A stretch of 64,000 nt of DNA from an uncultured Gemmatimonadales bacterium (lineage in GTDB: Bacteria; Gemmatimonadota; Gemmatimonadetes; Longimicrobiales; RSA9): positions 256,001 to 320,000 of the forward strand of contig CAWFKH010000005.1 of the NCBI GenBank assembly GCA_963816355.1. Reading direction: 5' to 3'. Of the stretch, positions 36,645 through 45,034 are shown piece by piece. The position numbers were made by a program, and so were the translations under genes. The first letter of the stretch is position 1; every line of letters begins with the position of its first letter. The notes below the pieces were generated by a model. That model saw nothing but the letters and a program-made list of their open reading frames with translations. It did not search any database and was not told the DNA's origin.

Positions 36645-38478
36645 CGACCTCCTCCACTACTACGAGCGCGAGCTCGTCTACCTCCGCCGCACGGGCGCGG
36701 AGTTCGCGAAGCGCTACCCGAAGGTGGCGTCGCGGCTCCAGCTCGAAGCGACAAAGTGCGACGACCCTCACGTGGAGCGACTGCTCGAGGGCTTCGCCTT
36801 CCTCGCGGCGCGCATCCATCTGCGCATTGAGGACGACGCGCCGGAGCTCGGCGAGGCGCTCCTCGGACTGCTCTATCCGGACTACGTGCGGCCGGTGCCT
36901 TCGCTCTCGCTGATCCAGATCGAGCTCGACCCGGAGCAGGGCAAGCTCACGACCGGCCTGCGCATCCCGCGCGGAACGGCGCTTCACTCGCGGCCGGTGG
37001 GCGGGGCGCCGTGCCGGTTCCGGACCTGCTACGACACCACGTTGTGGCCGTTCGACGTGGTCGACGCGGCGTGGGTCGCGCCGCACGAGCTGCGCCCGCC
37101 GGTCCGCGACGCCGACGCGGTGGCGGCGCTGCGCGTCGAGCTGCGCTGCCTGCCCGACGTCACCTTCGACGCCATCGAGATCGACACGCTCCGCCTCCAC
37201 CTCGCCGCCGAGGGCCGTCTCGCCGGCGCGCTCTACGAGCTGCTGCTGAACAGTTGCGTCGGCGTGCTCGTGCGCGAGACCGGCGCGGGCGCGAAGCGCG
37301 AGCCGATCACGCTGCCCGCCTCGGCGCTGCGGCCGGTCGGCTTCGAGCCGGACGAGAGCCTCCTCCCGCCGCCACGCCGCAGCTTCGTCGGCTACCGCCT
37401 GCTGCAGGAGTACTTCGCGTTCCCACAGAAATTCGACTTCGTCGACCTGACCGGACTCGAGCGCCTGCGCGGCTCCGGCTTCGGCGGGAGCGTCGAGCTC
37501 GTCTTCCTGATCCGCTCCTTCGAGCAGGCGGACCGCCGCTCGATGCTGGAGGCGGGCGTCTCCGCGGAGACGATACGGCTGGGCTGCACGCCGGTCGTGA
37601 ACCTCTTCCCGCGCACCTCCGAGCCGATCCTGCTCGACCAGCGGCAGCGCGAGTACGTGGTGGTGCCGGACGCCCGCCGACGCGAGTCGACCGAGGTGTT
37701 CGGCGTCGAGGAGGTCGTCGCGGTGACGCCCGGATCCGCGGAGCCGCTCCACTTCGAGCCGCTCTACTCGTTCCGCCACGGCGAGCGCAGGGATGCACCG
37801 CGGCCGTACTACTTCACGCGACGGCGCCCGCGACACTGGCGCCCCGACGATGGGACGGACCTCCACCTTTCCTTCGTCGACGCGTCCGGCCGCACGGTCT
37901 ATCCGAACCACGACGCCGTCACCGTCCGCCTGCTCTGCCACAACGGCGACCTGCCGGCGCGCCTGCCGTTCGGCGACCCGTCCGGCGACTTCGAGATGGC
38001 GGGCGGCGGCCCGATCCGCAGAGTCGTCGCGCTCGTGAAGCCGACGAGCGTGGTCCATCCGCCGATCGGCAAGCCGCTCCTGTGGCGCCTCGTATCGCTC
38101 CTCTCGCTCAACTACGTCTCGCTCGTCGAGGCGGGCGCCCAGTCGCTGCGCGAGCTGCTCCACCTCCACAACGCCGGCGACAGCGCTGCGGGCGACCGCC
38201 AGATCGCCGGCCTCGTCGACGTCAGCACCGGCCCCTGCTACTCGCGCATCGACAGCGATCAGGGCCTCACCTTCGCCCGCGGCCACCGCGTCGAGATCGA
38301 GTTCGACGAGGAGGAGTTCGCGGGCGGCGGCATCTACCTCATGGCGAGCGTGCTCGAGCGCTTCCTCGCGCTCTACACCTCCCTCAACAGCTTCTCGATC
38401 CTGGCCGTGCGCTCACGCCAGCGGAAGCGGCTCGTCCGCGAATGGCCGCCCCGCGCCGGCTGGAAGACACTGCTGTGA
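36637..38478 (+). CDS. tssF: T6SS baseplate TssF
   Basis: LLHYYERELVYLR..GAEFA..YPKVA, DPHVERLLEGFAFL, GYRLLQEYFAFP, WPPRAG. Confidence 0.97.
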   Translation: MRDDLLHYYERELVYLRRTGAEFAKRYPKVASRLQLEATKCDDPHVERLLEGFAFLAARIHLRIEDDAPELGEALLGLLYPDYVRPVPSLSLIQIELDPEQGKLTTGLRIPRGTALHSRPVGGAPCRFRTCYDTTLWPFDVVDAAWVAPHELRPPVRDADAVAALRVELRCLPDVTFDAIEIDTLRLHLAAEGRLAGALYELLLNSCVGVLVRETGAGAKREPITLPASALRPVGFEPDESLLPPPRRSFVGYRLLQEYFAFPQKFDFVDLTGLERLRGSGFGGSVELVFLIRSFEQADRRSMLEAGVSAETIRLGCTPVVNLFPRTSEPILLDQRQREYVVVPDARRRESTEVFGVEEVVAVTPGSAEPLHFEPLYSFRHGERRDAPRPYYFTRRRPRHWRPDDGTDLHLSFVDASGRTVYPNHDAVTVRLLCHNGDLPARLPFGDPSGDFEMAGGGPIRRVVALVKPTSVVHPPIGKPLLWRLVSLLSLNYVSLVEAGAQSLRELLHLHNAGDSAAGDRQIAGLVDVSTGPCYSRIDSDQGLTFARGHRVEIEFDEEEFAGGGIYLMASVLERFLALYTSLNSFSILAVRSRQRKRLVREWPPRAGWKTLL

Positions 38479-39608
38479 GCGACGGCGACCTCGAGCTCGT
38501 GCCGCGTCCGGGAGCGGACGACGACGACCGCACGGGCGGCGGCGAGGCGCCGGCCGCCGCCGACGCGACGGCCGGCGCCTCGCCGGACGCCGCGGCGGTC
38601 GCGCCGGAGCGTCTGCCCGGCCTGCCCGAGATCCTCGCGGAGCAGCCGCAGACGTTCGGCTTCTTTCAGGCCGTCTCGCTGCTCGAGCGCATGCGGCCGG
38701 AGCGGAAGCCGGTAGGCATCTTCGCCGATCCGCTCGACGAGGCGGTCCATTTCTCCGTGCCCGCGGACCTCGCCTTCCCCGCCAGCGAGATCGGCGCGCT
38801 GGACGCGGGGGAGGGGGACGAGCCCGCCCGCATGCGCGTCAACTTCATGGGCCTGATCGGCCCGCTGGGCGTGCTGCCGTACGACTACACGCGGCTCGTC
38901 GCTTCGCGGCTCCGCGAGGGCGACACCGCACCCGCCGATTTCCTGAACATCTTCCAGCACCGCGCGATCTCGCTCTTCTACCGGGCGTGGCGCAAGCACC
39001 GTTTCGAGGTGGCGCGCGAGGCGGGCGAAGAGGATCGGCTCGCGGAGCACCTCGCCGACGTCGTCGGTCTCGGGCTCGGCGCGCAGACGGACCGCCTGCC
39101 GTTCCCCGACACCGCGCTCTTCTCGCGGGCCGGTCTGCTCGCGCCGATGCCGCGGGGCGCCGCGGCGCTGCAGCAGCTGATCGAGGACTACTTCGAGGTG
39201 CCGGTCGAGATCGAGCAGTTCGTCGGCGGCTGGTACCGCCTGTCGTCGCACGACCGCTGCGCGGTCGGGGAGGAGGACGACCCGGCGAACCGGCTGGGGC
39301 GCGGCGCGGTGGCGGGCGACGAGATCTGGGATCCGCAGGGCCGCGTCCGCATCCGGCTCGGCCCGCTGGATCGCGCGCAGTTCGACGCGTTCCTGCCGAC
39401 CGGCGACGCGCACGAGGCGCTGCGTGCGCTCGCGCGCTTCTTCGCCCACGACCAGTACGACTTCGAGCTGCAGCTCGTGCTCTCGAAGGAGGAGGTGCCC
39501 GGCTTCGTCGTCGGCGACGACGCGGCCGAGCAGCCGCTCGGCTGGGGCACGTGGATCCGCACGGCGCGCTTCGACCGCGACGCCGACGAAACGACGCTCA
39601 CCCTGTAG
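38475..39608 (+). CDS. tssG: T6SS baseplate TssG
   Basis: GTG start coupled to tssF; FFQAV.LLE, LAFPASEI, FMGL.GP.GVLP, DFL.IF.HR, LGWGTW. Confidence 0.93.
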   Translation: MSDGDLELVPRPGADDDDRTGGGEAPAAADATAGASPDAAAVAPERLPGLPEILAEQPQTFGFFQAVSLLERMRPERKPVGIFADPLDEAVHFSVPADLAFPASEIGALDAGEGDEPARMRVNFMGLIGPLGVLPYDYTRLVASRLREGDTAPADFLNIFQHRAISLFYRAWRKHRFEVAREAGEEDRLAEHLADVVGLGLGAQTDRLPFPDTALFSRAGLLAPMPRGAAALQQLIEDYFEVPVEIEQFVGGWYRLSSHDRCAVGEEDDPANRLGRGAVAGDEIWDPQGRVRIRLGPLDRAQFDAFLPTGDAHEALRALARFFAHDQYDFELQLVLSKEEVPGFVVGDDAAEQPLGWGTWIRTARFDRDADETTLTL

Positions 39609-39623
39609 ACGGAAGTCGGAGCC

Positions 39624-42440
39624 ATGAACGTCAACCTCCGCTCGCTCATCGGGAAGCTGGACGACGAGATGCGCAGCGCGCTCGACGCCGCCGCGGGACT
39701 CTGTCTCTCCCGCACGCACTACGACGTCGAGGTCGAGCACTTCCTCATGAAGCTGCTCGACGTGACCGACAGCGACTTCGCCTACATCCTCCGCCACTTC
39801 GGCGTGGACCGCTCGCGCCTCGCGCGCGACCTCACGAAGAGCCTCGATAGCCTGAAGTCCGGCAACGCGCGCACGCCGTCGCTCAGCCCGACGCTCGTCC
39901 GCATGCTCACGGCGGGATGGACGATCGGGTCCGTCGACTACGGCGCCTCCCGCATCCGCAGCGGCCACGCCATCATCGCGCTCGTCACGGACGACGACCT
40001 CGCCCGCCTCGTCCGCGGCGTCACGAAGGAGCTCGAGAAGGTCTCGCCCGAAGAGCTGCGCAAGGAGTTCGGCGCGATCACCGGCGCCTCCGCGGAGGAG
40101 AGCGCCGCCGCCTACGCCGACGACGCGGGCGCCGACGGCAGCGAACCGGGCGCGCCGCAGCGGCCGGGCGGCAAGACGCCCAACCTCGACCAGTACACGG
40201 TCGACCTGACGGCGCGCGCGCGCGAGGGTCGCCTCGACCCGGTGCTCGGCCGCGACTTCGAGGTCCGCCAGGTGGTCGACATCCTGACCCGCCGCCGCCA
40301 GAACAACCCGATCCTGGTGGGCGAGGCGGGCGTGGGGAAGACGGCCGTCGTGGAAGGCTTCGCGATGCGGATCGCGCAGGGCGACGTGCCGCCGTCGCTG
40401 CGCAACGTCGCCTTGCGCACGCTCGACCTCGCGCTGCTGCAGGCGGGCGCGGGCGTCAAGGGCGAGTTCGAGAACCGGCTGAAGGGGCTGATCGAGGAGG
40501 TGCGCTCTTCCGCCGCGCCGATCATCCTCTTCATCGACGAAGCGCACACGATGATCGGCGCCGGTGGCCAGGCGGGCCAGAACGACGCTGCCAACCTGCT
40601 GAAGCCGGCGCTCGCGCGCGGCGAGCTGCGCACCGTCGCGGCGACGACCTGGTCCGAGTACAAGAAGTACTTCGAGAAGGACCCCGCCCTCGCGCGACGC
40701 TTCCAGGTCGTGAAGGTCGAGGAGCCGGTCGAGGAGCAGTGCATGGTGATGATGCGCGGCATCGTGCCCTCGCTCGAGCACCACCACAACGTGCGCATTC
40801 TCGACGCGGGCGTGAACGCCGCCGTCCGCCTCTCGCACCGCTACCTGCCCGATCGCCAGCTTCCCGACAAGGCGGTCAGCGTGCTCGACACGGCCTGCGC
40901 GCGGCTCGCGCTCGGCCAGAACGCGACGCCCGCCGCCATCGAGGATGCCACGCGGCGGCTCGACGACCTCGTCGTGCAGGCGCGCGTCCTCGAGCGGGAG
41001 GTCGCCGTCGGCGCCGACCATTCCGAGCGCCTCGGCGAGATCGCCGACGCGCGCGCCGAGACCGAGGCCCGCCTCGCCGCGCTGATGGAACGGTGGGGGA
41101 GCGAGCGCGAGCTCGTCGCACGCGTGCGTGCGATCCGGGGCCGCCTCGAACAGCTCGCGACCGGCGAGAAGCCGGTCGACGACGCGAAGGCGGAGACCGG
41201 CGCGGACGCCGCGGAGGCTGGAGCCGCCGGCGAAGCCGACGACGACGACGCGGCCGGCGACGACCCGAACGCGGACGTCCGCACGATGGATGCGGACGCG
41301 CTGCGCGTCGAGCTGTCGCGTCTGAACGACGAGCTGGAGGCGCTGCAGGGCGAGGCGCCGCTCATCCCCGTGACGGTCGACGCGGAGCTGGTGGGGCAGG
41401 TGATCTCCGGCTGGACCGGCGTGCCCGTGGGCAAGATGCTGCGCGACGACGTGAGCATGGCGCTCGAGCTCGAGCAGCACCTGGGCCGCCGCATCATCGG
41501 GCAGGACCACGCGCTCGAGATCATCAGCCACCGGATCCGCACGTCGAAGGCGGGGATCGAGGATCCGCAGAAGCCGGTTGGCGTCTTCCTGCTCGTGGGA
41601 CCGAGCGGCGTGGGGAAGACGGAGACCGCGCTGGCGCTCTCGGACCTGCTCTACGGCGGGGAGCATAACCTGATCACCATCAACATGTCCGAGTTCCAGG
41701 AGGCGCACACCGTCTCGACGCTGAAGGGCTCGCCGCCCGGCTACGTGGGATACGGCGAGGGCGGCGTGCTGACGGAGGCGGTGCGGCGGCGGCCGTACTC
41801 GGTGGTGCTGCTGGACGAGATCGAGAAGGCGCACCCGGACGTGCTGGAGCTGTTCTTCCAGGTGTTCGACAAGGGCAGGATGGAGGACGGCGAGGGGAGG
41901 CAGATCGACTTCAAGAACTGCATCATCCTGCTCACGACGAACGCGGGCACCGACACGATCATGAAGCTGTGCGCGGACCCGGAGACGATGCCCGGCCATG
42001 ACGGGCTGGTGAAGGCGCTCAAGCCGGAACTCGACAAGACGTTCAAGCCGGCGTTCCTCGGGCGCACCGTCATCATCCCCTACTTCCCGGTGCGCGACGA
42101 GGCGCTGCGCACGATCATCCGGCTCAAGCTGGGCAAGATCGAGCGGCGCCTGCTGGAGACGCACCGCGTCACGTTCGCCGTGGACGAGCCGGTGATCGAC
42201 GCCATCGCCGCCCGCTGCACCGAGGTCGAGAGCGGCGCCCGCAACGTCGACAACATCCTGACGAACACGATGCTGCCGGCGATCTCGCGGCAGCTGCTCC
42301 GCTCGATCGTCGACGGCGTGCGGCCGGGCGAGATCCGCGTGGGGGTGGGCGGGGCGGGCGAGTTCGTCTACTCGAGCGGAGACGGCGGCGGCGCGGACGT
42401 GACGCCGGACGAAGCGCAGTCGGCGCCGCTGCCGGCGTGA
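39624..42440 (+). CDS. tssH: T6SS ATPase ClpV (TssH)
   Basis: Two AAA+ modules (GEAGVGKT, GPSGVGKT), RRRQNNPIL and ESGARNVD. Confidence 0.97.
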   Translation: MNVNLRSLIGKLDDEMRSALDAAAGLCLSRTHYDVEVEHFLMKLLDVTDSDFAYILRHFGVDRSRLARDLTKSLDSLKSGNARTPSLSPTLVRMLTAGWTIGSVDYGASRIRSGHAIIALVTDDDLARLVRGVTKELEKVSPEELRKEFGAITGASAEESAAAYADDAGADGSEPGAPQRPGGKTPNLDQYTVDLTARAREGRLDPVLGRDFEVRQVVDILTRRRQNNPILVGEAGVGKTAVVEGFAMRIAQGDVPPSLRNVALRTLDLALLQAGAGVKGEFENRLKGLIEEVRSSAAPIILFIDEAHTMIGAGGQAGQNDAANLLKPALARGELRTVAATTWSEYKKYFEKDPALARRFQVVKVEEPVEEQCMVMMRGIVPSLEHHHNVRILDAGVNAAVRLSHRYLPDRQLPDKAVSVLDTACARLALGQNATPAAIEDATRRLDDLVVQARVLEREVAVGADHSERLGEIADARAETEARLAALMERWGSERELVARVRAIRGRLEQLATGEKPVDDAKAETGADAAEAGAAGEADDDDAAGDDPNADVRTMDADALRVELSRLNDELEALQGEAPLIPVTVDAELVGQVISGWTGVPVGKMLRDDVSMALELEQHLGRRIIGQDHALEIISHRIRTSKAGIEDPQKPVGVFLLVGPSGVGKTETALALSDLLYGGEHNLITINMSEFQEAHTVSTLKGSPPGYVGYGEGGVLTEAVRRRPYSVVLLDEIEKAHPDVLELFFQVFDKGRMEDGEGRQIDFKNCIILLTTNAGTDTIMKLCADPETMPGHDGLVKALKPELDKTFKPAFLGRTVIIPYFPVRDEALRTIIRLKLGKIERRLLETHRVTFAVDEPVIDAIAARCTEVESGARNVDNILTNTMLPAISRQLLRSIVDGVRPGEIRVGVGGAGEFVYSSGDGGGADVTPDEAQSAPLPA

Positions 42441-42448
42441 GGGTGAGA

Positions 42449-42474
42449 CGGGAGGCGAGAGCGCTCGTCTCCCG
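42449..42474 (+). terminator. Stem-loop after tssH (possible terminator or processing site)
   Basis: cgggaggcgag-agcg-ctcgtctcccg forms an 11-bp stem with one G-U pair; there is no U-tract. Confidence 0.35.
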
Positions 42475-42631
42475 CCCCGTCCGCGGCGCGTGGGCCTGGC
42501 GATGGCGGTGCGGCCGCCGGTCGCTCGTAGCCTCCGTCGTCGCTTGACGGGCCTCCGCGCCAGTCCCATCGTCTTCCGATCGCGCAGGACGCCTTTCGGA
42601 TCACCTTTCCCTCAAGCTGTCGACCGCGAAG

Positions 42632-44683
42632 ATGGCAACCTATCTGCAGCAGGACAGGCCGATTCAGCTCACGACCGTGCTGGGTCCGGACAAGCTGCTC
42701 GTGCACGGATTGACGGGCGCGGAGGCGGTGTCGCGCCCCTTCCGCTTCACGCTCGACCTCTTCTCCGAGGACCCGGCGATCGATGGCGCGGACCTGCTGC
42801 GGACGGCGGGCACGATCACGCTGGCGTTGGCCGGGGGCGGGACGCGCGAGATCCACGGCTGGTTCAACCGCTTCGTGCAGCTCGGCCAGCACGACGACGT
42901 GATCCGCTACCGGGCGGAGCTGGTGCCGCGGCTCTGGTTCGCGGGCCTCGCGCGCGACTGCCGGATCTACCAGAACAAGACCGTCCCCGAGATCCTGGAA
43001 GAGGTGCTGAAGAAGCACGACGTGGACTACTCGCTGAAGTGCACGGCGCAGTATCCGCAGCGCGAGTACTGCGTGCAGTATCGCGAATCGGACCTCGACT
43101 TCATCTCGCGTCTGATGGAGGAGGAGGGGATCTTCTACCTCTTCGACCACGGCGGCGAGCGCGAGGTGCTGCTGATCGCCGACGCGAGCAACGCGGTGCC
43201 GGCTTGTCCGGAGCAGGACAGCGTGCGCATGTCGCTGGAGCCGCAGGAGGACGAGGACGTCGTGCTGGGCCTGTACCGCGAGCAGGCGGTGCACACGAGC
43301 AAGGTCACGCTGAAGTCGTACGACTACCTGCAGCCGCCGATGTCGTTGAGCCCGAGCGTGGATTCCGTCGACTCCGGATTCGGCGAGGAGATCTACGACT
43401 TCCCCGGTGACTACACGACCGACGACGACGGCTACCGGCAGGCGCGGCTGCGCATCGAGGCGGAGGAGGCGAAGCAGCAGGTGGTGCAGGGTCGCAGCGA
43501 CTGCCGCGCGTTCGTCAGCGGCACCCGCTTCAAGCTCCAGGACCACTTCAACGCGGACCTCAACGGGGAGTACATCCTCACCGAGGTCCAGCACCGCGCG
43601 GACGCCGGCGGCTACCGCGCGGGGACGCACTCCGGCTTCAGCTACGAGAACGAGTTCCAGGCGATCCCCACGTCGATCCCCTACCGGCCGCCGCGCGTCA
43701 CGCCCGCACCCACGGTCTACGGCACGCAGACCGCGGTCGTGGTCGGGCCGGCGGGCGAGGAAGTCTACACGGACCGGCACGGCCGCGTGAAGGTGCAGTT
43801 CCACTGGGACCGCGAGGGCAGCAAGGACGAGAACAGCTCCTGCTGGATCCGCGTCGCGCAGCCGTGGGCCGGCAAGGGGTACGGCACGGCGCACATCCCC
43901 CGCATCGGCAACGAGGTGGTTGTCCAGTTCCTCGACGGAGACGCGAACCGTCCGATCATCATCGGCAGCGTCTACAACGCGGACCAGGTGCCCCCGTTCG
44001 AGCTGCCCGGCCAGGGGATCCAGCAGGGCATCAAGTCGCGCAGCTCGAAGGGGGGCGGCGGCGCCAACGAGATCAGCGTATGGGACGACAAGGGCGCGGA
44101 GGAGCTACGGATCCACGCGCAGACCGACGAGAACCACACCGTCGGCCGAGACCAGCAGATGACGGTGGACGGGGACCGCACCGTGCACGTGAAGGGCGCC
44201 GTCGACGAGACGATCGACGCCGGCGAGACCCGCAACGTCACGGACGGCATCAAGGAGACGGTGACGGGCGACGTGAAGCAGACGATCACCGGCAAGCTGG
44301 AGCAGACGGTGACCGGCGGCATCAAGGTGACGACGCCCGCGGACATCCAGATGACCGCCGCGGCCGGAGTGAAGATCGTCGCGCCGGCGGGCATCAACGT
44401 GATCGCACCGGGCGGACATACGCAGGTGGACAACTTCTGGGACCAGACCGGCCTGAAGAAGTACACGGCCTACGCACAGGCGATCGCGGTCACCGGTCAG
44501 ATCACGGCCACGTTCGCGCAGCGCTTCCAGGTGGCCGGCTGGGACACCCAGCTCACGGCGTTCAAGGTGAGCACGACCGGCATGTACATCGACAACAAGG
44601 TGATCAACCTCGAGAAGGACGTGACGACGATCAAGCAGAAAGCCGTCGCGTTGATCACGTGCGGCCTTTATTCGATCACGTAG
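42632..44683 (+). CDS. vgrG: T6SS spike VgrG (TssI)
   Basis: YCVQYRESDLDFISRLMEEEGIFY, GRVKVQFHWDR, PRIGNEV, gp5-like beta repeats. Confidence 0.96.
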   Translation: MATYLQQDRPIQLTTVLGPDKLLVHGLTGAEAVSRPFRFTLDLFSEDPAIDGADLLRTAGTITLALAGGGTREIHGWFNRFVQLGQHDDVIRYRAELVPRLWFAGLARDCRIYQNKTVPEILEEVLKKHDVDYSLKCTAQYPQREYCVQYRESDLDFISRLMEEEGIFYLFDHGGEREVLLIADASNAVPACPEQDSVRMSLEPQEDEDVVLGLYREQAVHTSKVTLKSYDYLQPPMSLSPSVDSVDSGFGEEIYDFPGDYTTDDDGYRQARLRIEAEEAKQQVVQGRSDCRAFVSGTRFKLQDHFNADLNGEYILTEVQHRADAGGYRAGTHSGFSYENEFQAIPTSIPYRPPRVTPAPTVYGTQTAVVVGPAGEEVYTDRHGRVKVQFHWDREGSKDENSSCWIRVAQPWAGKGYGTAHIPRIGNEVVVQFLDGDANRPIIIGSVYNADQVPPFELPGQGIQQGIKSRSSKGGGGANEISVWDDKGAEELRIHAQTDENHTVGRDQQMTVDGDRTVHVKGAVDETIDAGETRNVTDGIKETVTGDVKQTITGKLEQTVTGGIKVTTPADIQMTAAAGVKIVAPAGINVIAPGGHTQVDNFWDQTGLKKYTAYAQAIAVTGQITATFAQRFQVAGWDTQLTAFKVSTTGMYIDNKVINLEKDVTTIKQKAVALITCGLYSIT

Positions 44684-45033
44684 GCGCGATCCCGCGCTGC
44701 CGCTCCGACGCCCGCCTGCGGCTGCCGCTGGCGGCGCTGCTCGCGTGCGTCGTCGCCTGTGCCGGCGCCGACGCGGCACCCGATCCGGAGGTGGTGGCGA
44801 TGATGAATTCCGCGCCGATACCCGCGGTGATCGAGGCCGTCGAAGTGCTGCGCCACGAGCGCCGGGAGGGAATGCGCCGGGTCCGCGTGAGCGTGCGGGC
44901 GCGAGGCGTCTCGCCGCAGGAGGTCACCGTGACGGAGTGGGTCCCCGTCGTCCTGCTGGGACGGCTCACGGTGGGTGCCACCATCCAGCTGATCGTCGAC
45001 CCCGCGCTCAAGCAGTTGACGATCGGACTCTGA
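44659..45033 (+). CDS. Small hypothetical protein, probable lipoprotein
   Basis: Fills the vgrG-DUF2169 gap; in-frame GTG 44659; h-region plus VVAC; stop 1 nt before the next ATG. Start is uncertain (ATG near 44799 possible). Confidence 0.5.
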   Translation: MRPLFDHVGAIPRCRSDARLRLPLAALLACVVACAGADAAPDPEVVAMMNSAPIPAVIEAVEVLRHERREGMRRVRVSVRARGVSPQEVTVTEWVPVVLLGRLTVGATIQLIVDPALKQLTIGL

Positions 45034-45034
45034 G

